Below, one piece after another: positions 22,499 through 29,106 of a DNA stretch of 32,000 nt. The notes under the pieces are model-generated. The model was not told where the DNA came from, did not search any database, and saw only the letters and a list, made by a program, of their open reading frames with translations. This DNA comes from Sinorhizobium meliloti (GTDB taxonomy: Bacteria; Pseudomonadota; Alphaproteobacteria; Rhizobiales; Rhizobiaceae). Every line of letters starts with the position of its first letter. Within the stretch, counting starts at the first letter, position 1. The position numbers were made by a program, and so were the translations under genes. The stretch covers positions 2,670,001 through 2,702,000 of the forward strand of contig NZ_JAGIOS010000001.1 in the NCBI RefSeq assembly GCF_017876815.1, in the 5' to 3' direction.

Positions 22499-24711
22499 TC
22501 AACCTCGGCAGCGCTGAGATCGCCGATCTCCGGGTCGGCGCCAGTCAGGTCGCGCGCGTCTATCTCGGCGAAGACATCATCTGGCAACCGAACTTCGACT
22601 CGCTGCCCGCCGCGATCTATTTCTCGGCCGCCGGCAATGATGATACCGGCGCCGGGACGCAGGCCGCCCCGTTCAAGACGCTCAAGATGGCGAACGCCGT
22701 AGCGAGGGCCGGCAAGACGCTCTATTTCCGGGGCGGCGATACCTTCACCGGCACGCTGCTTTGCCGGCCCGGCTGCGTCTATAATTCCTATGGCACCGGC
22801 AAAGCCACGATCAGTTCGGGCAACTCCGAGGCGGTCCTGCTGGACAATGCCGATAGCGCCCAAGTCCGCCAGCTGATCGCGCAAGGATCGGGCACGACGG
22901 TCAACGGCTCGCACGGCATCCGGGCAATCAACAGCCATGCCGAGGCCATTCAGGTCGATGACGTGGTGATCGATAGTTGCGAGGTGCGCGGCTATGGCCG
23001 GAACGGCATCTTCGCGACGGTCGCCAATTATCCGTCCGGGATGGCGGGACTCCAGATCACCAACAACATCGTGGAGGATTGCACCGGGAACGATGTCCGG
23101 GGCCATACCGGCGGGATCATCGTCGCGGCCGAGGAGGCGGACTTTTGGGGGCTGGCCACCTATCCCGCATCGCATCGGGATGTCGTCGTCACCGGCAACA
23201 CCGTCCGTCGCTGCAAGGGCAAGCGGGACGCGGCCAACCATGTCGGTTCCGGGATCATTGTCGCGCAGACCGAGGGCGCGCTTGTCGAAAGCAATCTCGC
23301 CGAGGATTGCGGCGAAAACTCCACCAACAACGCCGGCCCGGTCGGCATATGGGCGTGGGATGCGATCGGCGTCGTCATCCGCAAGAATACGACTTTGCGG
23401 CAACGTTCGGCCCGATCCGATGGCGGCGGCTTCGATCTGGACGGCGGCTGCAAGGATTGCGTTCTCGAATATAATTTCTCGATGGGATGCACCGGCCCCG
23501 GCATCATCATTTTCTCTTTTGACGATACCGCCTATCCGAACAAGCTGCTCGATTATTCCAACAATGTCGCCCGCTATAATCTGTCGGTGCGAGACGGCCA
23601 GACCGTCCGGTCGGAGTTCGGAATGTTCATCGGCACCATGCGACCGGTCGGCTCCGATTTCCAGAACATCCGCGTCTACAATAATACGATCGTCACCGAT
23701 ACGGTCGGGGCGTTCTCGCCGACGTGCCTTTCTATCCAGACCTTCGGCGGCGTCGATTTCAGCCATGCGACCGGCGTCATCGCCAACAATATCTTTCTCC
23801 AGAAAGGCGCCGGGCTGCTTTGCGACGTGCGGACGACCGCAATGCAAATTCACGGCAATTGCTTCCACTCCGTCCAGGGCACCGCCATGCGGTCCTTTGG
23901 CTTTGATTGGGAGACCGTCGATCAATGGATTTCGGCGTCGGGCAATAAGGAATTCCTGCACGGCACCCACACCATCTTTGTCGATAACCCGCAGCTGGTG
24001 AACGACTCCGGGAGCACCCCGGCGGATTTCCGCCCGGCCAATAGCTCGCCGCTCTATGGCGTCGGGATGGATATCAACGCGGAATTCGGTATTGCGCGCC
24101 CGACCGAGGATTACCTCGGCAACGCGCTTCCGGCGACGCAGCGGTTCTTTACGCCCGGCGCTATGGAGCCGGCCACGCCGCTGCCGAATTTGCTGACATC
24201 GCCGAACGTCCTAAACACCGGATGGGAGCTTAACGACATCGATCTGATTTCCGGCCTGCCCGGCATGTTCGGCGGCACCTCGGCGCAACTTATCAGGATT
24301 GATGACGATGGCGCGGCGGTGGGGCAAACCCGCTCGTTCGCATCAGGCACCGAGAAGATTTTCCGGCGTGGCGGCTTCGTCAAAATCAGCGGCGATGTGA
24401 AAGCGGCGGTGATCGGCAATCGCCAGCCCGATATCAACGACTATTGGTGGACGTGGTTCGATCTGGTCGCGGGGGAACTGGACGATGCCGAAGCATGGGG
24501 CGCCTATCTGCAATCCGTGCCGCGCTTCCGAATGCAAAAGCGGCCGAACGGCTTCTGGCTAATCATGCATGAAATGAAAGTCCCGAGCACTTGGACCAAC
24601 GATAAGTTTTGGGCACAGCCCTCGCTCCCGTTCCCGGTCAGGGGCGGGCTTGAGGCAAGCGGCCAGCGCGGCCTCATCCACGACGGGTTTTTCGAGTTCC
24701 TCGTCGGCTAA
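22495..24711 (+). CDS. Tailspike with right-handed parallel beta-helix (pectate-lyase-like, putative polysaccharide depolymerase) and C-terminal binding module
   Basis: The GTG at 22495 lies 8 nt after AGGAGG and overlaps the upstream stop (GTGA). Beta-helix rungs include ITNNIVEDCTGN, VVVTGNTVRRCKG, ALVESNLAEDCGEN, VVIRKNTTLRQ, CVLEYNFSMGCTGPGI and IRVYNNTIV. The C-terminal module starts with PNLLTSPNV at 24184. Confidence 0.78.
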   Translation: MINLGSAEIADLRVGASQVARVYLGEDIIWQPNFDSLPAAIYFSAAGNDDTGAGTQAAPFKTLKMANAVARAGKTLYFRGGDTFTGTLLCRPGCVYNSYGTGKATISSGNSEAVLLDNADSAQVRQLIAQGSGTTVNGSHGIRAINSHAEAIQVDDVVIDSCEVRGYGRNGIFATVANYPSGMAGLQITNNIVEDCTGNDVRGHTGGIIVAAEEADFWGLATYPASHRDVVVTGNTVRRCKGKRDAANHVGSGIIVAQTEGALVESNLAEDCGENSTNNAGPVGIWAWDAIGVVIRKNTTLRQRSARSDGGGFDLDGGCKDCVLEYNFSMGCTGPGIIIFSFDDTAYPNKLLDYSNNVARYNLSVRDGQTVRSEFGMFIGTMRPVGSDFQNIRVYNNTIVTDTVGAFSPTCLSIQTFGGVDFSHATGVIANNIFLQKGAGLLCDVRTTAMQIHGNCFHSVQGTAMRSFGFDWETVDQWISASGNKEFLHGTHTIFVDNPQLVNDSGSTPADFRPANSSPLYGVGMDINAEFGIARPTEDYLGNALPATQRFFTPGAMEPATPLPNLLTSPNVLNTGWELNDIDLISGLPGMFGGTSAQLIRIDDDGAAVGQTRSFASGTEKIFRRGGFVKISGDVKAAVIGNRQPDINDYWWTWFDLVAGELDDAEAWGAYLQSVPRFRMQKRPNGFWLIMHEMKVPSTWTNDKFWAQPSLPFPVRGGLEASGQRGLIHDGFFEFLVG

Positions 24712-24730
24712 ATCCATAATTGGAGAAATC

Positions 24731-25582
24731 ATGGCGACCAGCAGCTTCAAAGCGGCGCTGGCGCGGGTGCTCGTCCATGAGGGCGGGTATGTAAATCATC
24801 CGCGCGACCCCGGCGGCGCCACCAATCAGGGCATTATACAGCGGACATATGATGCCTATCGGCGCAGCAAGAAATTGCAGCCGCGCTCGGTCCAGAAGCT
24901 AACCGCGCCCGAGCGCGACGCGATCTATCGGCGCCAGTATTGGGACGCGATCAAGGGCGACAAGCTGCCGGTCGGCGTCGATTATGTCGTGTTCGACGGC
25001 GCGGTGAATTCCGGCCCGAACCAATCCATCAAATGGCTACAGCGCGCGCTCGGCTCGGCCTATCGCGGCCAGATCGACGGGGTGATCGGGCTGGCCACTT
25101 TCGCCGCCCTTGAGGCGACCGAGGATCACGACGCGCTGATCGACCGGATTTCCGATCGGCGCATGGCGTTCCTGAAAGCGCTTGAGCCCTGGCCGGTCTT
25201 TGCCGGCGGCTGGACGAGGCGCGTTCAGAACGTGCGCGCCAACGGCAAGGCCGAGGCCGCCGGCCGCAAGGATGTCGTCGCCGTCCATATTGCCGGCGCC
25301 GAGACAAAGGCGACGATCGAGGACGCCCGCAAGGCGCCGTCGCCAGCGCCAGCCGATGCGGCTACCGGCGGCGGGATCGGGGCGGGCGGCATCGCTGGCA
25401 CATTGCAAACCCTTCAGGATCAGCTGACGCCGTTCAGCGCGGCCGGCAATTGGATCACCACGCTCGTCGTCGTGCTGGCCGTTTCCGGCGCCGGCCTTGC
25501 GGCTGGCGGGATCGCCTATCGCTGGTATGCGAAGCGGCGCGCGGCGCAGCTGGCCGACGCGCTTGATGCGGTGCCGGCATGA
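24731..25582 (+). CDS. Endolysin: glycoside hydrolase family 108 + PG_binding_3, with C-terminal transmembrane segment
   Basis: ALARVLVHEGGYVNHPRDPGGATNQGI is the GH108 EGGY...D.GG.T..GI motif. VDYVVFDGAVNSGPNQSIKWLQRALG...DGVIGLATFAAL is PG_binding_3. A Gly/Ala/Pro linker is followed by WITTLVVVLAVSGAGLAAGGIAY and then a basic tail. RBS ggaga precedes the ATG at 24731. Confidence 0.88.
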   Translation: MATSSFKAALARVLVHEGGYVNHPRDPGGATNQGIIQRTYDAYRRSKKLQPRSVQKLTAPERDAIYRRQYWDAIKGDKLPVGVDYVVFDGAVNSGPNQSIKWLQRALGSAYRGQIDGVIGLATFAALEATEDHDALIDRISDRRMAFLKALEPWPVFAGGWTRRVQNVRANGKAEAAGRKDVVAVHIAGAETKATIEDARKAPSPAPADAATGGGIGAGGIAGTLQTLQDQLTPFSAAGNWITTLVVVLAVSGAGLAAGGIAYRWYAKRRAAQLADALDAVPA

Positions 25583-25863
25583 TCGCTTTGCTTACCGGCC
25601 CATGGGGAAAGTGGATCGGCGTCGCGGCGATCGCCGTCGCGCTATTTGGCGTCGGCTATTGGAAGGGCCGCGCTGATATCCGCGCCGATAAGCTGAAAGA
25701 TACCATCCGCGCAATCGAGAAAAGGGAGCGGATTGATGAACGGATTCAGGGCTTGGACGGCATTGCTCTTTGCAATGAGCTTCTTGGTGGCGGGATGCAC
25801 GACGAATGCCAGCAATTGCGCGGGGTGGAGGAAGATACCCGTCAGCCCGGCCGGCGCCGTTAA
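25579..25863 (+). CDS. i-spanin (Rz-like): N-terminal TM plus charged helical periplasmic domain
   Basis: MIALLTGPWGKWIGVAAIAVALFGVGYW is followed by KGRADIRADKLKDTIRAIEKRERIDERIQ. ATGA overlap with the endolysin stop. It contains the o-spanin start in another frame. Confidence 0.6.
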   Translation: MIALLTGPWGKWIGVAAIAVALFGVGYWKGRADIRADKLKDTIRAIEKRERIDERIQGLDGIALCNELLGGGMHDECQQLRGVEEDTRQPGRRR

Positions 25864-25951
25864 GCTGGCCAGCGATCCCGATCTAGTTCCAACCGGCCAA
25901 GGCGTTGCCAGCACCAACTCTTTCGGGCGCGCGCAGAAGTGCTGGAAATAG
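25736..25951 (+). CDS. o-spanin (Rz1-like) outer-membrane lipoprotein, overlapping the i-spanin gene
   Basis: MNGFRAWTALLFAMSFLVAGC has a signal peptide with lipobox LVAG/C. The short mature part has three further Cys. It starts inside 25579-25863 in a different frame and extends 88 nt past it. RBS gggagcgg precedes the start. Confidence 0.7.
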   Translation: MNGFRAWTALLFAMSFLVAGCTTNASNCAGWRKIPVSPAGAVKLASDPDLVPTGQGVASTNSFGRAQKCWK

Positions 25952-25960
25952 GAGGCCGCA

Positions 25961-26155
25961 ATGATTGAGGCACTGATTGCCTTGGCGATCACCATTCTCG
26001 TCGTCGGGCTGATCGCGGGGCTGGTAATATTCCTGATCCGGCGGGCGCCATTCATCCCCGCGCCCTTCGGTCAATGGGCCGAATATGTCGTGATCGTCAT
26101 CGCCGTTTTGATTATCCTGTTGCGGGCGCTGCCGCTGTTAGGAGTCAGCGTGTGA
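25961..26155 (+). CDS. Small two-TM membrane protein (holin candidate)
   Basis: MIEALIALAITILVVGLIAGLVIFLIRR...EYVVIVIAVLIILLRALPLL. RBS ggagg lies 5 nt upstream. It is part of the lysis cluster. Confidence 0.45.
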   Translation: MIEALIALAITILVVGLIAGLVIFLIRRAPFIPAPFGQWAEYVVIVIAVLIILLRALPLLGVSV

Positions 26156-26595
26156 TGACCTTCGAAGTCGATACCCGGACGATCAATATCAACACGGTGG
26201 TCTCGGTCGCCGGGTTTCTCGCGACGTTCGTCTTCATCGGCATCGCGTGGGGCGCCTCGCAAGCGGCGCTGTCCGATCTGGAAGAATGGCGCATCCAGCA
26301 TGAAGGCGTGCACCGCGATTTACAGGCCAGCGTGCGCTCGCATGATGCCGTGGTGGATCAGCAGATTTCGACCCTCCGCGCCAACCTCGCCAAGCTGGAC
26401 CAGATCGAATACCGCATTACAGCGAACGAAAAAGGCATTGAGGCACTCGATACCCGGATAGGCCGGATTACCGAAAGCTACAGCAATCAGTTCTCCGATT
26501 TCCGCAATCAGCTGTCATCGATATCGACGCAGATCGCGTTGACCAATCAGACCCTCCAGCGGATCGAGGCGGCGACGCCGGCCGCCCCGCGCTGA
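26155..26595 (+). CDS. Membrane-anchored coiled-coil protein (last gene of the phage block)
   Basis: The ATG at 26155 shares one nt with the preceding TGA. One TM helix (VVSVAGFLATFVFIGIAWG) is followed by heptad-like helices (ISTLRANLAKLDQIEYRITANEKGIEALDTRIGRITESYSNQFSDFRNQLSSISTQIALTNQTLQRIE). Confidence 0.6.
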   Translation: MTFEVDTRTININTVVSVAGFLATFVFIGIAWGASQAALSDLEEWRIQHEGVHRDLQASVRSHDAVVDQQISTLRANLAKLDQIEYRITANEKGIEALDTRIGRITESYSNQFSDFRNQLSSISTQIALTNQTLQRIEAATPAAPR

Positions 26596-26651
26596 TCATT
26601 CCTCCCGGCGCGGGCTAGGCAAACCTCGCCCGGCGGCCCGCGCCTAACTGT

Positions 26652-26690
26652 CCCGCCTTTGGCTTCACGTCGGGGCGGGCTTTTTCTTTT
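26652..26690 (+). terminator. Rho-independent terminator closing the phage late operon
   Basis: cccgcc (26652-26657) pairs with ggcggg (26674-26679), followed by ctttttcttttt. A separate 9-bp stem (ggcgcgggc 26607-26615 / gcccgcgcc 26636-26644) lies just upstream. Confidence 0.6.
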
Positions 26691-26703
26691 TCGGGCGGGG
26701 GAA

Positions 26704-26805
26704 GGTTTCCAGAATGCCCATGAACGTATCAGAAACCAAATCTGGAAACCAAATCGTTAACGAATTGAAAATACATACTCCATGGGTAACATTTCGTTAA
26801 CCATG
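26704..26805. promoter_or_regulatory. AT-rich repeat cluster and candidate promoter/operator upstream of the ParA-like gene
   Basis: A 10-bp inverted repeat: ggtttccaga (26704-26713) / tctggaaacc (26741-26750). An 11-bp direct repeat gaaaccaaatc at 26732-26742 and 26745-26755. A 10-bp palindrome tcgttaacga (26754-26763). A near-palindrome catgggtaac-atttc-gttaaccatg (26781-26805). TTGAAA (26765-26770), a 16-nt spacer, then TAACAT (26787-26792). Confidence 0.4.
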
Positions 26806-26885
26806 TTCTGCAAGGTTCTATTAAGAAAACCGCGCGTCGGGCAAAGCTGGGCGGACCGGAAACGAGCAAGGACGAGGTGAGAGAA

Positions 26886-27602
26886 ATGGCGGTCATCACA
26901 TTCGCCAATGCAAAGGGCGGTGCGGGAAAGACGACCGCGGCGCTGATCCTGTCGACGGAACTGGCGAGGCAGGGGAATCGCGTCGTGGTATTGGACGCCG
27001 ATCCGCAGCGCTGGATCACGAGCTGGTCCGAAGTGTCCGGCCGTGTCGCCAATCTCGAGGTGATTTCGCACGTCACTCCGGCTTCGCTTCCCTGTCATAT
27101 CCGCGAGCTCAAGGGTGAGGCCGATTTCATCGTCATCGATCTCGCCGGCGCCAAGGATGCGATCGTCGCGTTGGCGCTGGGGCTGTCCGATCATGTGCTG
27201 ATACCGGTTCAGGGCTGCGCCATGGACGCGCGTGGCGCCGTACAGATTCTTGAACTTATCCGCCATATCGGCGAGAAGGCGAGGGTGCGCATCAACCACT
27301 CGGTCGTCTTGACGCGCGTCAATTCGCTGGTGACGACGCGGGCGCTGCAGACGATCAAGGCGCTGCTCGCCTCCCGCGGCGTTTCGGTCCTCGATACGCC
27401 GATCGTGGAGCGTGTTGCCTATCGCGAAATCTTCGAGTGCGGCGGCACCCTGCAGATGATGGACCCGAACCGGGTCAGCAATCTCGACAAGGCGCGCGAA
27501 AACGCATACGCGCTTGCCGCCGAGGTGCAAAACCTGCTCCCCGTGACCGCACGCCGCGCCCTGATGTCCCGCCTGCGCTCGGCTTTGCCGCGGGCGGCGT
27601 AG
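26886..27602 (+). CDS. ParA/MinD-family ATPase (orphan, no adjacent ParB)
   Basis: Deviant Walker A in AVITFANAKGGAGKTTAALIL, then VVVLDADPQ and FIVIDLAG. The ATG at 26886 lies 8 nt after gagg. The track start at 26877 (GTG) is also possible. Confidence 0.88.
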   Translation: MAVITFANAKGGAGKTTAALILSTELARQGNRVVVLDADPQRWITSWSEVSGRVANLEVISHVTPASLPCHIRELKGEADFIVIDLAGAKDAIVALALGLSDHVLIPVQGCAMDARGAVQILELIRHIGEKARVRINHSVVLTRVNSLVTTRALQTIKALLASRGVSVLDTPIVERVAYREIFECGGTLQMMDPNRVSNLDKARENAYALAAEVQNLLPVTARRALMSRLRSALPRAA

Positions 27603-27629
27603 CGATCGCTCGCGAAGGGCGGTTGCCGT

Positions 27630-28919
27630 TCAGAACCGTTTGTCGATGAAGTGTTTCGCCTGGGCGCCGGCGTGGTAGAAGGCGGACTTCAGAGTCCGCC
27701 ACGGATCCGGCGTGACCGGCGTCTCCGCAAGCGGTATCGCGGACGTATCGCCGGTGACGTGGCGGGCAAGCGCCCGCCCGAAGACGGTGCCCGGCGCGAT
27801 CCCTCGGCCGTTATAACCGCTGATCGATACGACGTTGGGAGCGAGCACATGCATGGCCGGCAGATTGTTGGTCGTCATGCCGATGCGACCGTCCCACCAG
27901 TGCTCGAAGCGGAAGTCCCCGATATAAGGAAAGAGCTTGCGCACCGAGCGCGCGGCGAAGGCCCGGTGCGTGCCTGCGGCGATCGCATCCAGCCTGCCGA
28001 TCGAGCCGAAAATCAGCCGGTTCTGCCTGTCCATGCGGAAGGAGGTCATCACCAGCCCCGTGTCCCAGGCTCCCTGGCGTTCGGGCAATATCCGCGCGGC
28101 CACGTTGTCGGGCAGCGGATTGGTCGCGAACTGGAAATAGGGAAGGATCGTGAGTTCCTGCCGGTACTCCTTCCATGGGACGCCGGTGACAAGGCTCCCA
28201 TAGGCGTTGGTCGCAAGAATGACGTGACGGGCCGTTACCGTTCCCCGCGGGGTCTTCACGTTCCAGAGATCGCCTTGGCGGCTGGCTGCAAGGAGGGGGG
28301 TATCGGTGAAGATTTCGGCGCCGGCGGCAAGCGCTGCACGGGCCAATCCTCGCGCATAGGCGAGCGGCTGTATCGTTCCGGCGCGGCGGTCGAGCAGTGC
28401 GCCGGTGAAGCCCTCGGCTCCTGAAAGCGCGTGCGCCTTTTCAGCCGAAAGCACCTCGACCGGAGCACCGCGCTTTTTCCATTGCGCCTCGCGCTCCCGG
28501 ATTTCCTTGAGCCCTTCCGCGCCGACCGACATATGCAGCGTGCCGTTGCGAACGGCTTCGCATTCGATTCCATGTTTCGCAACGAGATCGTAGACGAATG
28601 ACGGGCCGTCGCCGAGTTCGTCGAGAAGCCGGTTGCCCGCCGCTGCTCCGAGCGTTGCGATCAGGTCGTCCGGCTGCACCCACATGCCGGCATTGACGAG
28701 GCCGACATTGCGGCCCGAACCGCCGAAGCCGATCATCCGCGCTTCGATCACCGCAGTCCTGATGCCCGTCTCCGCCAGATGAAGTGCGGCCGAAAGGCCC
28801 GTGAAACCACCTCCGACGATCGCCACCTCGACCGTCAGGTCGCCTGCTAGCGGAGCGGTGCGCGGAGCGGCCGGTGCCGTCGCATGCCAGAGATTGGGGA
28901 GAGCACGCTCCGTTGCCAT
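27630..28919 (-). CDS. FAD-dependent oxidoreductase (DAO family, PuuB/OrdL-like)
   Basis: The dinucleotide-binding motif VAIVGGGFTGLSAALHLAETG is followed by GFGGSGRN.G. The overall layout resembles gamma-glutamylputrescine oxidase-type enzymes. RBS aaggaa lies 8 nt upstream. Confidence 0.88.
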   Translation of the reverse strand: MATERALPNLWHATAPAAPRTAPLAGDLTVEVAIVGGGFTGLSAALHLAETGIRTAVIEARMIGFGGSGRNVGLVNAGMWVQPDDLIATLGAAAGNRLLDELGDGPSFVYDLVAKHGIECEAVRNGTLHMSVGAEGLKEIREREAQWKKRGAPVEVLSAEKAHALSGAEGFTGALLDRRAGTIQPLAYARGLARAALAAGAEIFTDTPLLAASRQGDLWNVKTPRGTVTARHVILATNAYGSLVTGVPWKEYRQELTILPYFQFATNPLPDNVAARILPERQGAWDTGLVMTSFRMDRQNRLIFGSIGRLDAIAAGTHRAFAARSVRKLFPYIGDFRFEHWWDGRIGMTTNNLPAMHVLAPNVVSISGYNGRGIAPGTVFGRALARHVTGDTSAIPLAETPVTPDPWRTLKSAFYHAGAQAKHFIDKRF

Positions 28920-28996
28920 CGCGGACAGTTCCTTAAGGTCAGGGGTGTTTCGTCTGTGATAAAGGCAATGCGGCGGAGTTTTTCATGACAATGTTT

Positions 28997-29008
28997 CATG
29001 ACGTCATG
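28997..29008. promoter_or_regulatory. Perfect 12-bp palindrome catgacgtcatg in the oxidoreductase upstream region
   Basis: It lies 78-89 nt upstream of the minus-strand start at 28919 and is preceded by a second ttcatgac half-site at 28982-28989. The binding protein is unknown. Confidence 0.3.
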
Positions 29009-29106
29009 AGGCTGCTGCGACCGGCAGGGGGGTATGGCCTTCGAAGCAGCTCAAGCGCGTCGCGATCAACCGCATTGACGCGACACGCTTGGCTGATTGT
29101 CGTGCC

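Larger units (their letters stand above)
1161..26690 (+). mobile_element. Prophage (HK97-fold siphovirus type, GTA-like head-neck-tail order): regulatory, packaging, structural and lysis modules. The left end is undetermined and may lie beyond the window.
   Basis: Co-linear + strand run of HNH, TerS, TerL, portal, protease, capsid, connectors, tail tube, chaperones, tape measure, J-like protein, tail fibres, endolysin and spanins. Many 1-4 nt start/stop overlaps. Ends with a hairpin plus T-run at 26652-26690, followed by an AT-rich non-phage leader. Confidence 0.9.

Noticed and set aside
6827-26595. Interpretation as a gene transfer agent (GTA) cluster rather than a prophage
   Set aside because: Neck and tail genes are GTA-like in order and family. 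However, the block also has a TerS, an HNH endonuclease, multiple tail fibres or spikes and its own complete lysis cassette, which RcGTA-type head-tail clusters lack. GTA-like domestication cannot be fully excluded without the rest of the element.
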